Shown here: positions 38,922 through 48,342 of the stretch, in pieces
How positions within the stretch are numbered: the stretch's first letter is position 1
How the letters are laid out: every line of letters begins with the position of its first letter
From: an uncultured Candidatus Saccharibacteria bacterium
GTDB lineage: Bacteria; Patescibacteriota; Minisyncoccia; Phycocordibacterales; UBA918
DNA: 64,000 nt
Direction: 5' to 3'
NCBI GenBank assembly: GCA_964601615.1
Contig: CAZRNZ010000001.1
Coordinates: forward strand, 185,968 to 249,967
Position numbers and translations under genes: made by a program
The notes under the pieces: model-generated
Databases searched by the model: none
What the model was told of the DNA's origin: nothing
Seen by the model: the letters and a program-made list of their open reading frames with translations, nothing else

Positions 38922-40961
38922 TTATTTCTTCTTCCCTTTCTTATTTGCAAATTCCTCCATGATTTTTATCTCATCACGAATAATTGCAGCAGTTTCAAAA
39001 TCTAATATTGCTACGGCCTCTTCCATTTGTTGGCGTTTTTCTTTCAATACTTTCTTTGGATTCTTTTTGAAAAGATCCATATCTACCGCCAGCAAAGTAT
39101 TGATAGTCTCTTCATGATCGGTACGAAGCTGGTCAGCGATAGACTTAATTTCTTTCTTAATAGTCTGAGGTGTAATACCATTCTTTTTGTTGTATTCAAG
39201 CTGTAGTTCGCGACGACGATTTGTCTCACTTATTGCGTACTGCAAAGCTGGCGTAATTTCGTCAGCATAAAGCACTACACGACCATTTACATTACGTGCC
39301 GCACGGCCAATAGTTTGAATAAGTGCTGTCTCACTACGCAAGAAACCAGATTTATCAGCATCAAGAATTGCTACTAACTCAACCTCAGGCAAGTCCAAAC
39401 CTTCACGAAGAAGGTTCACTCCCACAAGACAATCAAACTCTCCTTTTCTGAAACCAGTCAAAATCTCAATACGCTCCAACGTCTCTACATCAGAGTGAAT
39501 ATACTTTGTCTTAATTCCTTTATCTTCCAGGAAGTCAGCTAAATCTTCAGCCATCTGTTTAGTAAGTACTGTAGTCAAAACACGAGCTCCGCGAGCAATT
39601 ATTTTCTCAGCCTCAGCAATAAAATCTTTTACCTGGCCAGGGAAATCCCCCTTCTCTACAATAGGTCTAAGGTCTATTTCTGGATCAATCAAACCTGTCG
39701 GACGAATAATTTGCTCCACCATAGGGAATCCAGTAGTTTCGGCTTTTTCATATTCATATTTTCCAGGTGTAGCTGAAGTATAGATTCTTTGCCCTACTCT
39801 TTTTTCAAACTCATCAAACTTTAAAGGTCGGTTATCTTTAGCGCTTGGCAAACGGAAACCAAAGTCCACTAATGTTTCTTTTCTGGCACGGTCTCCTGCA
39901 TACATTCCACCAATTTGTGGAATGGTTACGTGAGATTCATCGATAATAGTCAAAAAGTCTGCTGTGCCATCTTCTTTTTTTGGAAAGTAATCAAGCAAAG
40001 TATATGGAGCTTCACCAATCAGACGTCCATCAAAATGTCTTGAATAGTTCTCAATACCATTGGCATAACCAACCTCACGAATCATAGCTAAGTCATACTC
40101 AGTACGACGTTTCAATCTTTCATACTCAAGCTGCTTCCCTTCTTTTTTAAATACTTTCAACTGTTCTTCAAGTTCAAGTTTAATCTCAGCAACCGCTCTG
40201 TCGCGTTCAGTTTCAGAAGTAACAAAGTGTTTGGCAGGAAAAAGGAAAAATGCCTCAGGTTCTTCAATAATCGCTCTAGAAGTTGCATCAATCTTGGTGA
40301 TATTAGATACAGAATCACCAGTAAAACTTAATCTGAAGATAACTTTCTCGTTAGTCGGCATTATTTCCACAGTGTTTCCTACTGCGCGAAATGTTCCAGG
40401 ATTTAAGTCAGCAGTCGTGCGTTCAAAGTACATTGAAACCAAAAGGCGTAACATATCAGCACGATTGATTGCAAAACCGCGTTCAATTTTTTTGTGAATC
40501 TTTTCGTATTCTGCTGGAGAACCCAAACCATAAATACAAGAAACTGAAGCTACTATAATCACATCATTACGAGTCAAAAGAGCTTGAGTAGAAGCGTGTC
40601 TCAGTCTATCAATTTCCTTATTTATCTGTGCTTCTTTCTCGATGTAAGTGTCAGAAATTGGCATATATGCCTCTGGCTGATAATAGTCATAGTAAGAAAC
40701 AAAGTAATGTACTGCATTATTCGGGAAAAAGTCTTTATATTCCTGAGCTAACTGTGCTGCCAAAGTCTTATTGTGAGCAATGACCAAAGTTGGTTTTTGC
40801 ATCTCTGCAATCAAATTTGCCGCAGTGAAGGTCTTACCAGAACCAGTTACGCCCAAAAGAGTCTGATGCTGGGCACCAGCCTTCAGTCCTTTTACAAGTT
40901 TTTCTATTGCCTTAGGTTGATCGCCAGCCGGCTTTTTGTCTGTAGCTAATTGAAACTTCAT
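38922..40961 (-). CDS. uvrB: excinuclease ABC subunit B
   Basis: Helicase motifs GVTGSGKTFT and DESH, UvrB interaction domain, C-terminal UVR motif. 679 aa. Confidence 0.95.
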   Translation of the reverse strand: MKFQLATDKKPAGDQPKAIEKLVKGLKAGAQHQTLLGVTGSGKTFTAANLIAEMQKPTLVIAHNKTLAAQLAQEYKDFFPNNAVHYFVSYYDYYQPEAYMPISDTYIEKEAQINKEIDRLRHASTQALLTRNDVIIVASVSCIYGLGSPAEYEKIHKKIERGFAINRADMLRLLVSMYFERTTADLNPGTFRAVGNTVEIMPTNEKVIFRLSFTGDSVSNITKIDATSRAIIEEPEAFFLFPAKHFVTSETERDRAVAEIKLELEEQLKVFKKEGKQLEYERLKRRTEYDLAMIREVGYANGIENYSRHFDGRLIGEAPYTLLDYFPKKEDGTADFLTIIDESHVTIPQIGGMYAGDRARKETLVDFGFRLPSAKDNRPLKFDEFEKRVGQRIYTSATPGKYEYEKAETTGFPMVEQIIRPTGLIDPEIDLRPIVEKGDFPGQVKDFIAEAEKIIARGARVLTTVLTKQMAEDLADFLEDKGIKTKYIHSDVETLERIEILTGFRKGEFDCLVGVNLLREGLDLPEVELVAILDADKSGFLRSETALIQTIGRAARNVNGRVVLYADEITPALQYAISETNRRRELQLEYNKKNGITPQTIKKEIKSIADQLRTDHEETINTLLAVDMDLFKKNPKKVLKEKRQQMEEAVAILDFETAAIIRDEIKIMEEFANKKGKKK

Positions 40962-40989
40962 TTCCTACAGTGTAGCTGAATAATGAAAA

Positions 40990-41017
40990 TAAAAAAAGCG
41001 CAACCGAAGGTCGCGCT
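40990..41017 (-). terminator. AGCGCAACC-gaag-GTCGCGCT hairpin preceded by A7 (T7 on minus)
   Basis: After the stop of the HD-domain gene. Confidence 0.6.
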
Positions 41018-41029
41018 TTGATTCTTTAA

Positions 41030-41662
41030 TCAATGTTGCCCATTTCCATTCTTGAGCTCATCAATTGCTGCTTCTATTTCGTGAATAAGAATATCTTCAC
41101 GCACAGCCAGAGGTAGGTAAAAATCTTCTGTCTCAGCAATCTTGCGTTGCCGCTTATCTCCCGAAACATCCCACATCGTCAACAGATTATGAAGTCGATC
41201 TGGTAACTTCACAATAAGCACTTCTCGTGGTGCTCGAAACAAAAGCTGATGATGGTAAAAGCGATCACGTTCAACCTTACTTTTAAACTCACTCAACTTA
41301 GGCTTTGATAACCACCAGACATAACCAGAGACTGTCTCATTAAATTCTTTAATTAGACGATCGTAATTCCACTCATCAGAAACATCTTCCACGATATCAT
41401 GAAGCAATCCTGTAATAATCAGATTATGGTCAAAAACCCTCAGGTGTTCAATCATAATCAAAGCAACTGCACGCAGGTGCTCAAAATACTGATCACCACC
41501 TTCACGATACTTATCGTGAAAAGCATCTTTAGCAATATGGTATGCCCGCATGATGTCTTTGTATCTGACATCAGTAGTTGGATAATACCTCCCAATAAGC
41601 TTAGCAAAGCTCTCGCGGCTATGCTCTCGCTCTAGGAGAGTACGTACTGCTTCTAATGGCAT
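41030..41662 (-). CDS. HD-domain (p)ppGpp hydrolase-like protein (SpoT/Mesh1-type small alarmone hydrolase)
   Basis: HLRAVALIMIEH...LLHDIVEDV matches the RelA/SpoT HD motif. 210 aa, no synthetase domain. Confidence 0.75.
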   Translation of the reverse strand: MPLEAVRTLLEREHSRESFAKLIGRYYPTTDVRYKDIMRAYHIAKDAFHDKYREGGDQYFEHLRAVALIMIEHLRVFDHNLIITGLLHDIVEDVSDEWNYDRLIKEFNETVSGYVWWLSKPKLSEFKSKVERDRFYHHQLLFRAPREVLIVKLPDRLHNLLTMWDVSGDKRQRKIAETEDFYLPLAVREDILIHEIEAAIDELKNGNGQH

Positions 41663-41769
41663 TATTCATCTCCTTCCCTGTAAAAGAACTTGGCAAGAAT
41701 ACTGCCTTATTATTGGACTTTTGTCAAAGATGTAGTATAGTTTCCACTAGAATCAAGAGGAGTACCTAA

Positions 41770-42021
41770 ATGTCTAGTATTCATCTAGGAAATAATACTA
41801 AACAAGAGTCCATCGACACTCAATGCCGCTATCGCAACCCTCGTACAGAAGAGCGTTGCTGTTTGCCGGCAAAGCAAGGCAAAGACGGCCAGATAAAAGC
41901 CTACTGCGACCATCACGATGGTCATACACCCACAGTCGGACTTTCTTCTAGCAGCATTTCCGGATCATACCATCCGTCAGGAACCAAAGTTTCTCACCAT
42001 GGTGGAAATGGTCATTTCTAG
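41770..42021 (+). CDS. small Cys/His-rich protein (possible metal-binding peptide)
   Basis: 83 aa with 4 Cys (incl. CC) and 8 His (CDHHDGH; HHGGNGH). AGGAG RBS 8 nt upstream. TTGGAC-17-TATAGT promoter at ~41717-41745. GC ~47%. Confidence 0.5.
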   Translation: MSSIHLGNNTKQESIDTQCRYRNPRTEERCCLPAKQGKDGQIKAYCDHHDGHTPTVGLSSSSISGSYHPSGTKVSHHGGNGHF

Positions 42022-42059
42022 AACAAAAATCAAAAGAGCCATCAAAGATGGCTCTTTAT

Positions 42060-43286
42060 TTATTTTTGCATCAAAATCTGTTCCCGCAGTTTCTTGGTAA
42101 AGTTTACTATTGTATAGAGGTTATGAATTGAAGCTAGATGTCCTGCTAACATTTCTCCTGAACGAAAAAGGTGTGCCAAATAAGCTTTAGTGTAATTCTG
42201 ACAAACATAACATTCACACCCCTCATCAACTCGTGAAAAATCTCGCTGATATTCTGATCTTTTTAAATTAATTTTCTTCAAACCAGTTTCTGGGTGACCG
42301 TCCTTTGAATGAATATAAATTGTGCCATTACGAGCAATACGAGTTGGCGCAACACAATCAAAAGTATCACAACCAAGTCTCACACCTTCAATCAAATCTT
42401 CAGGCTCACCAATTCCGAGCAAGTGTCTAGGTCTATCCTCTGGCAAGTTTTCATTTACAACTCGGAGCGATTCACCCAAGTCTTCTTTGGAAAAACTGCC
42501 ACCAATACCAAAGCCATCGAAGTCCATCGAGGCAAGGTGGCGGGCACTTTCTGATCGAAGATCAAGAAAGCGCCCGCCCTGTACAACACCATAAAGACCC
42601 TGCTTTTTCAAAGCATCATAATTTTGTTTATGAGCCATGATAGAACGCTTTGCCCAGCGATGAGTTCTATCCATAGCTTCTTTTTGATATTCAAAATCTG
42701 CAGAAGGACTAGTACACTCATCAAAAGCTACGATAATATCAGCTCCGATTGAATGCTGAATTTCAATTGAGCGCTCTGCAGTGAAACGATGCATTGAACC
42801 ATCTAAATGAGAGGTAAAAGTCACACCTTCTTCGTCAATTACACAAAGCTTACCGTGACTTTGTGCCAATTCTTGTGAATAAATATTAATTCCATGTGGG
42901 CTAATTTTTTCACCTTCTTCGGCTTCGCCTTTAGCAAACTTTGTTACTCCTTTTCCAAAAGCAGCGCCAAGAGAAAAAACCTGAAAACCACCAGAGTCAG
43001 TCATTGTTGGCATTTCCCAATTAGCAAACTTATGCAAACCACCACCTTCTTTTATGGTCTCGTGTCCAGGCTGCAAATAAAGATGATAAGTATTTGCTAA
43101 AGCAACTTGTGCTCCAACCAAATCTTTCAAATCTTCTGGCTTTAAGCTCTTTACAGTTCCCTTTGTTCCAACAGTTACAAAAGCAGGAGTTTGAATATCT
43201 CCATGCGGTGTATGTATCACACCAGCGCGCGCCATCCCAGATGGCGCGCGTTTTACAATCTCAAACTTAATCGGCGAATCACTCAC
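42060..43286 (-). CDS. tgt: queuine tRNA-ribosyltransferase
   Basis: TIM-barrel Tgt signature, zinc site CxCxxC...H (CECYVCQNYTKAYLAHL). Confidence 0.9.
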   Translation of the reverse strand: MSDSPIKFEIVKRAPSGMARAGVIHTPHGDIQTPAFVTVGTKGTVKSLKPEDLKDLVGAQVALANTYHLYLQPGHETIKEGGGLHKFANWEMPTMTDSGGFQVFSLGAAFGKGVTKFAKGEAEEGEKISPHGINIYSQELAQSHGKLCVIDEEGVTFTSHLDGSMHRFTAERSIEIQHSIGADIIVAFDECTSPSADFEYQKEAMDRTHRWAKRSIMAHKQNYDALKKQGLYGVVQGGRFLDLRSESARHLASMDFDGFGIGGSFSKEDLGESLRVVNENLPEDRPRHLLGIGEPEDLIEGVRLGCDTFDCVAPTRIARNGTIYIHSKDGHPETGLKKINLKRSEYQRDFSRVDEGCECYVCQNYTKAYLAHLFRSGEMLAGHLASIHNLYTIVNFTKKLREQILMQK

Positions 43287-43294
43287 AACTAAAA

Positions 43295-43822
43295 CTATTT
43301 AACTTCAACTAACTCAACCGCATAAACAACAGTAGCGTTCTTTGGTACTGGTCCATATCCATTAGCACCAAAAGCCCTGTCTGAAGGAATAACAAGGATT
43401 CTCTGTCCGCCATTTTTCATACCCAAGACTCCTTCATTTAAACCAGAAATAACTTTACTATCACCAACTTTAAAAGAAAAAGCTGAACCTTTTTTGTATG
43501 TGTTATCAAACTCCTGACCATTCTGTAGAGTTGCAATATAATTTATTCTTACACTATCACCCTGAGAAACCTCTTTCCCGTTACCTATCACAACATCTGT
43601 TGCCACAATACTGTTCACTTTATTTCCACTCATAGCCGAAGAAAGCGCACTACCAATCCCATCAGTACCGTCAGCCATAATAAGAGAAGCCATTTGCTGT
43701 TGCCCACCTTGTTTTGGAGCGTTTCCAAAGGTGTTATTAAACTGCATTACAAACAATGCCAAAGACATTGCACAAACAGAAAATCCTATCCCAAAAGCTT
43801 CATACTTATTAATTGTTATCAT
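43295..43822 (-). CDS. FKBP-type peptidyl-prolyl cis-trans isomerase, membrane-anchored
   Basis: C-terminal FKBP domain (...VISGLNEGVLGMKNGGQRILVIPSDRAFG...). N-terminal TM. Confidence 0.85.
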   Translation of the reverse strand: MITINKYEAFGIGFSVCAMSLALFVMQFNNTFGNAPKQGGQQQMASLIMADGTDGIGSALSSAMSGNKVNSIVATDVVIGNGKEVSQGDSVRINYIATLQNGQEFDNTYKKGSAFSFKVGDSKVISGLNEGVLGMKNGGQRILVIPSDRAFGANGYGPVPKNATVVYAVELVEVK

Positions 43823-43845
43823 AACGTCAGCATAGAATAGCTAGC

Positions 43846-44913
43846 TTAAAATTGCAACGATATTTGACCAGCTTCTATATCATTTTTGAGTGAAATATCG
43901 CTTCTTTTGGCCAAATCTTTCAAAAAATTAGACTTGGTTTCTCCAGTCATAAATTGTGGCTGTAGCCGAACAGAAGCGCTCTCTACTGGCAAAATATCAA
44001 TAATCCAACCATTTTCATTTTCTTGAAGTTCCAAAGCAAGTCCAGTCAAAACAGACTCCTCCCAATATTGATCAAATAAGAAATTTCCTAAAGAGTAAAA
44101 AATAATTCCATTATTGTATTTCTGAATACCCTGTACGACATGCGGGTGGTGACCAACAATAATATCAACACCAGAATCAATCAGCTCCTTTGCTAATTTT
44201 TCTTGTGAGACACTGTGAATCAACTCATATTCTTCTCCCCAGTGGATATAAACTATTTGAATATCACTTTTTGACTCAGCCTCTTTAAATATTTCATCCC
44301 AAGATTTTTTATTTATAGCTGTATAGAGATTAGATAATCCAATAATTGCTACCGTTTTATTTCCATTATCTATATAAGTTACGGAATCACTATTAATTGC
44401 TGAAGGATGCCCAAAGGCCTTTATAGTATAATCAGAAATTGATTTAAAAGTATTTTGGTAACCAGCTGCACCAAAGTCAAAAGAATGATTATTTGCTAAT
44501 GATAGTTGGGTAAACCCTGCTAATACAAGATCATTTAAACTAGCAACAGGAACAGAAAATTTAAAAGCAAAATTTGGTGTCGGTTCATGAATTTGTGGAA
44601 TTGAAGCCTCGAAATTTCCTACCACAAATTTATTGGCAAAATAATCTTTTACTCCAGCAAAAACATATTCACCACCAAGATAAGCCAATCTTCTTTCTAC
44701 ATCTCGAGCCATCATAATATCTCCCACAAAAACAATACTTTTTTGTTCCTTTGCTTCAGATATTTCAATAACTTTGGAAGAATCAGTAAAAGCGAAACCT
44801 GAAGAAATCTCCCTTTCAGCAAGTAAAATAAGGGTCTTATAGATAAGTAGACCTAAAATGGTTAAACTAACTGCCAAGATTCCTATCCAGACAATTCTGT
44901 TATTTATCCTCAT
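43846..44913 (-). CDS. CapA/PgsA-family metallophosphatase-like protein
   Basis: N-terminal TM. Calcineurin-like core GDIMMARDVE...GHHPHVVQG... typical of CapA. Confidence 0.7.
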   Translation of the reverse strand: MRINNRIVWIGILAVSLTILGLLIYKTLILLAEREISSGFAFTDSSKVIEISEAKEQKSIVFVGDIMMARDVERRLAYLGGEYVFAGVKDYFANKFVVGNFEASIPQIHEPTPNFAFKFSVPVASLNDLVLAGFTQLSLANNHSFDFGAAGYQNTFKSISDYTIKAFGHPSAINSDSVTYIDNGNKTVAIIGLSNLYTAINKKSWDEIFKEAESKSDIQIVYIHWGEEYELIHSVSQEKLAKELIDSGVDIIVGHHPHVVQGIQKYNNGIIFYSLGNFLFDQYWEESVLTGLALELQENENGWIIDILPVESASVRLQPQFMTGETKSNFLKDLAKRSDISLKNDIEAGQISLQF

Positions 44914-44922
44914 AAAACTACT

Positions 44923-45333
44923 CTACATTGAAGGATGGAAGAAGCCAACTTTTTGGCTATACATCATAAACACAATCAAGATTGCTGCTGTAGCAACAGC
45001 AATCATAAAGATAGAAATAATCTGCCACATATACAGATTTTGACGGCTTTGACGAAGTGTTTCCAGTTCAGAAACACCAAGCTCAACGTCAATCCCAAGC
45101 AAAGAACGAATAGCTTCTGGACTTAACCTATTGTCAGTCAAGAAAACATCATGGAGTGTATCAACACGGCTAGTACGAGTGTTTACGTTTTCACGCAAAA
45201 CTGTAATAGCAGTTTCCACATCTTCCTTATGCCAACGAGCAGAAATAAGAACAGATCGAATCTCTTCATCAGCAGCAGTTGGTTGAAGTCCATTTAAGCG
45301 AAGAATTTGCTCAATATGAGTACGATCTATCAT
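44923..45333 (-). CDS. hypothetical protein with C-terminal TM anchor
   Basis: 136-aa ORF, tail-anchored (ISIFMIAVATAAILIVFMMY). Confidence 0.5.
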   Translation of the reverse strand: MIDRTHIEQILRLNGLQPTAADEEIRSVLISARWHKEDVETAITVLRENVNTRTSRVDTLHDVFLTDNRLSPEAIRSLLGIDVELGVSELETLRQSRQNLYMWQIISIFMIAVATAAILIVFMMYSQKVGFFHPSM

Positions 45334-45345
45334 AAGTAAATATTA

Positions 45346-46398
45346 TTATACATCACCATTCTTTCTATCTGGTGCTATCTGCTGGGCATAAATCTCTAAC
45401 AAAACAATAAATACACTAGTGATAACTGGACCAACTATAAATCCAATCGGACCAAACAAAATGATTCCACCAAGCACTGAAAGAAGTACCAAGAAAGGGT
45501 GCATTGGATGTGCACGACTCATTAGGTATGGGCCTAAGATATTATCCACTAGTGACACAGCAACCAGCCACCAGATTACCAATCCTAGTGCTGGCAAATA
45601 TTCTCCAATAAACATTAAGTAACCAGCAGCTGGCACAAACACAACCGCAGGACCAATTCCTGGAACAAGCGCAGTTAAAGCCACAACAGTTCCAAGTAAA
45701 ACTGCACGTTCAAAACCAAAAATAACTAATCCGACCGCCGCTGAAACACCTTGAATAATTGCTACTAAAACAGTACCTGTAGCTACTCCACGAACAGCCA
45801 AAGACATACGACGTAAAATCAAAGTGTCTTCAATATCAGAAAGTGGGCTAATACGAATCAAGGTCTTGGTAAATCTTCGTCCATCCCTAAAGAAATAGAA
45901 ACAACCAATAATTGCAATAAAGAAAGCAAATACCGTAGAAGCAGTTCCAGCAAAAACAGCACCTAGATTGCCAGCAGCCCATTTAGCACCCTGCTCCAAA
46001 TGATCAGATAAATCTAATTGAATACCAGGAATTACAGAAGCAGAAAATTCTTCAATGTTGTAAATGGTTTCCGCTAAAGAATACTGACCGTTATTTATAA
46101 TTCGATAAATAGAAACAGCTTCACTAACTAAAAGTGAAGTTAACCAAATAATTGGTAAAACTACCATTACTAGAACCAAAAAAGTAGTCAATAGTGCAGC
46201 TACTGATTCAATACGCCTTGGAATTACTGATAAAACCTTCTGGTATAAAGGATAACAAATAGTCACAATTACAGCTGACAAAGCTAGAGCTGTAATAAAA
46301 GGTGCAAACATTAACCACAATAAGTAGCCAACAATCCCCATTAGGCCAAAAAAGAAAACGTATTCAATCACTCTATCCAAAGTAAACATATTGGCCAA
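45346..46398 (-). CDS. AI-2E family transporter (PerM/YhhT-like)
   Basis: 8-TM topology and length (350 aa) match the family. Confidence 0.75.
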   Translation of the reverse strand: MANMFTLDRVIEYVFFFGLMGIVGYLLWLMFAPFITALALSAVIVTICYPLYQKVLSVIPRRIESVAALLTTFLVLVMVVLPIIWLTSLLVSEAVSIYRIINNGQYSLAETIYNIEEFSASVIPGIQLDLSDHLEQGAKWAAGNLGAVFAGTASTVFAFFIAIIGCFYFFRDGRRFTKTLIRISPLSDIEDTLILRRMSLAVRGVATGTVLVAIIQGVSAAVGLVIFGFERAVLLGTVVALTALVPGIGPAVVFVPAAGYLMFIGEYLPALGLVIWWLVAVSLVDNILGPYLMSRAHPMHPFLVLLSVLGGIILFGPIGFIVGPVITSVFIVLLEIYAQQIAPDRKNGDV

Positions 46399-46415
46399 AT
46401 TGTAACGATATTAGG

Positions 46416-47444
46416 TTAATCTAGCAATCTTTTGACGTCTTTTATCTCTCTTTCTATTAATGACTCTGAAACAGACAGCGCTTTATTTAGATTATCTACC
46501 ACCTCTTTTTCCTTCTTGGTTAAACGAGCTTTTTTAGCCAAACTACCAATTTGAGTATAAATTTCTTCACGTAAAGCAGAAAAAATACGTAGAGATTGCT
46601 CGTGAATTTCACCTGTCTCACGACGTAAATCAGACAGAGCCTCCGCATAACGCTGTCTTTCATAGACCATATAACCAAACATCAAAAGCATCATACCTGC
46701 CAAAACAGACACGAGTAATGGGGCTGGATTATCAATTAAAGCACTCTCACTCGCATGAGTATTTACTGGAGAAGAAACTACTCCAAGAACAAAAACTGAT
46801 TCTTCTCTCGTATTACCAGCCTTATCAAAAGCAGTTACAGAAATATTATAACGATTCGAAGCATCTAACTGTAAAAATTGTCCGCGCTTGGCATCCTCTG
46901 ACATAACAGTCATTTTTTGACCACCATTTACTGACAATTCATAATGAGATATTCCAGAAAGTGCATCTTTTGCTTCAAAAGAAACAACGATATCATTACT
47001 TACAACTGCTCCTTCATTTGTAAAAGGTTCAGCTTTAATAGAAAAAGATTCTGGGGCAACTGAGTCAACATTGATAACTTTTTCGGAGTACATTCCCCAC
47101 TTTTCACTATTTCTAAACTGCACAGTGAGATATTGGGTTCCTTCGGTCAAATCATCCGCATTCAAAGTAACAGAAGAAACAGGTGGACGATAAGTTGTCA
47201 TTGGCTCAGTACCAGTGGCTAAAGTCACATCTGCCGCAACAGCTGTCACTCCGCTACTTAATTGCCAATTAAAAGTTAAATCTTGCAACTGATACCAATC
47301 ACCAGTATTTCCACCACTGTAATTTATGACTGGTGCAGATGGACCGCCAGCGTAAAGTTCTTCAAGTGAAATATCACTTGATTGTGCAAGAGTAATAACT
47401 GGTAATAAGAACAAAAAAACAAAAGTAAAAGTACGCATAACCAT
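46416..47444 (-). CDS. secreted Ig-like/fibronectin-like domain protein with C-terminal TM and coiled coil
   Basis: Signal peptide, beta-rich repeats, TM near residue 245, charged helical tail. Confidence 0.55.
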   Translation of the reverse strand: MVMRTFTFVFLFLLPVITLAQSSDISLEELYAGGPSAPVINYSGGNTGDWYQLQDLTFNWQLSSGVTAVAADVTLATGTEPMTTYRPPVSSVTLNADDLTEGTQYLTVQFRNSEKWGMYSEKVINVDSVAPESFSIKAEPFTNEGAVVSNDIVVSFEAKDALSGISHYELSVNGGQKMTVMSEDAKRGQFLQLDASNRYNISVTAFDKAGNTREESVFVLGVVSSPVNTHASESALIDNPAPLLVSVLAGMMLLMFGYMVYERQRYAEALSDLRRETGEIHEQSLRIFSALREEIYTQIGSLAKKARLTKKEKEVVDNLNKALSVSESLIEREIKDVKRLLD

Positions 47445-47544
47445 TTACAATTATTATCGCATGAGAAACAAAACAAATAGCTAAAATAGCAGTGGATAAT
47501 TATTAAACATTACTTAATAAAATAAATTGTGCACAAAATTCTTT

Positions 47545-47598
47545 GACAGTTAAAAAAGTAGGAGTATTATTTCTACCCGTTGATGTTGGAAACATCAA
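47545..47598 (+). promoter_or_regulatory. promoter TTGACA-16-TATTAT followed by inverted repeat GTTGATGTT-gga-AACATCAAC
   Basis: Consensus -35/-10 with a palindrome at the expected +1 to +25. A second palindrome TTGTGCACAA lies at 47527-47536. Confidence 0.5.
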
Positions 47599-47620
47599 CA
47601 AACAACTCAAGGAGATGTAA

Positions 47621-48271
47621 GTGACAGAAAATAGGTTCTTTGTACTAGTTGGCGCAACAGGTTCTGGAAAGAACACAATGCTGGGCAAACTGGAAGATCA
47701 TTTCACAAACGATTCAAATGCCGTTCCTTGCGACTCGACAACTGTCGATCGAGTCACAACGAGTTTCATTCGAATTGATACAACTTGCGGGAGAAAATAT
47801 CCGCTTTCTAAATTGCTGAAAATCTGGTCAAGAATCAGCGAACAAATCGAGGGACAGGTTAAGCCTGCTCTTTTGCGTGGCGACCGCGTTATCATGAACG
47901 CGTTTGGCGGCACAGCTTTTGCTGAGGCTATGGTTCATGCTTCTTCAGACAACGAAAGTAAATCTATTCTCGAGATGCATAAGGCAATTATTCCCCACTG
48001 CGTTATCGGAATTGGAGTCAGACCTCCCATTTATATCTGGCTCAAAGTAAGTCCTGAAGTCGCTCTTTTGCGACGTCGGGCAGACAAAACCCTCCCAAAA
48101 AATATCACTGATCCTCTCGGTTATATTGAAAATTTGAATAAGCAGTTTGAATTCTATGGCAGTCTCCCAGGACAAACTGTTATTCCGGTTGATGCAAATC
48201 AACCAATCGAAATGGTCTTTCGTGACATATTAAACATCATCGATCCACAGGACGTGGCCGAAGCTGCTTAA
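47621..48271 (+). CDS. thymidylate kinase-like P-loop nucleotide kinase
   Basis: GTG start after an AAGGAG RBS. P-loop VLVGATGSGKNT, DRx-like GDRVIMNAFGGTAFAEA, lid LLRRRADKT. GC ~45%, above background. Confidence 0.6.
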   Translation: MTENRFFVLVGATGSGKNTMLGKLEDHFTNDSNAVPCDSTTVDRVTTSFIRIDTTCGRKYPLSKLLKIWSRISEQIEGQVKPALLRGDRVIMNAFGGTAFAEAMVHASSDNESKSILEMHKAIIPHCVIGIGVRPPIYIWLKVSPEVALLRRRADKTLPKNITDPLGYIENLNKQFEFYGSLPGQTVIPVDANQPIEMVFRDILNIIDPQDVAEAA

Positions 48272-48285
48272 TTGTCCTTGATAAA

Positions 48286-48319
48286 AGTCCCTCGTATGCT
48301 TATATGCACTCGAGGGACT
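48286..48319 (+). terminator. AGTCCCTCG-15 nt loop-CGAGGGACT hairpin (no clear U-tract)
   Basis: Perfect 9-bp inverted repeat 15 nt after the stop. Could be a terminator or an operator. Confidence 0.35.
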
Positions 48320-48342
48320 ACTATTAATAATTAATTAAATTT

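Noticed and set aside
48286-48319. Operator rather than terminator after the tmk-like gene
   Set aside because: The perfect 9-bp inverted repeat lacks a U-tract, but it sits 15 nt after a stop codon, so the terminator reading is more likely. Retained as a low-confidence terminator.
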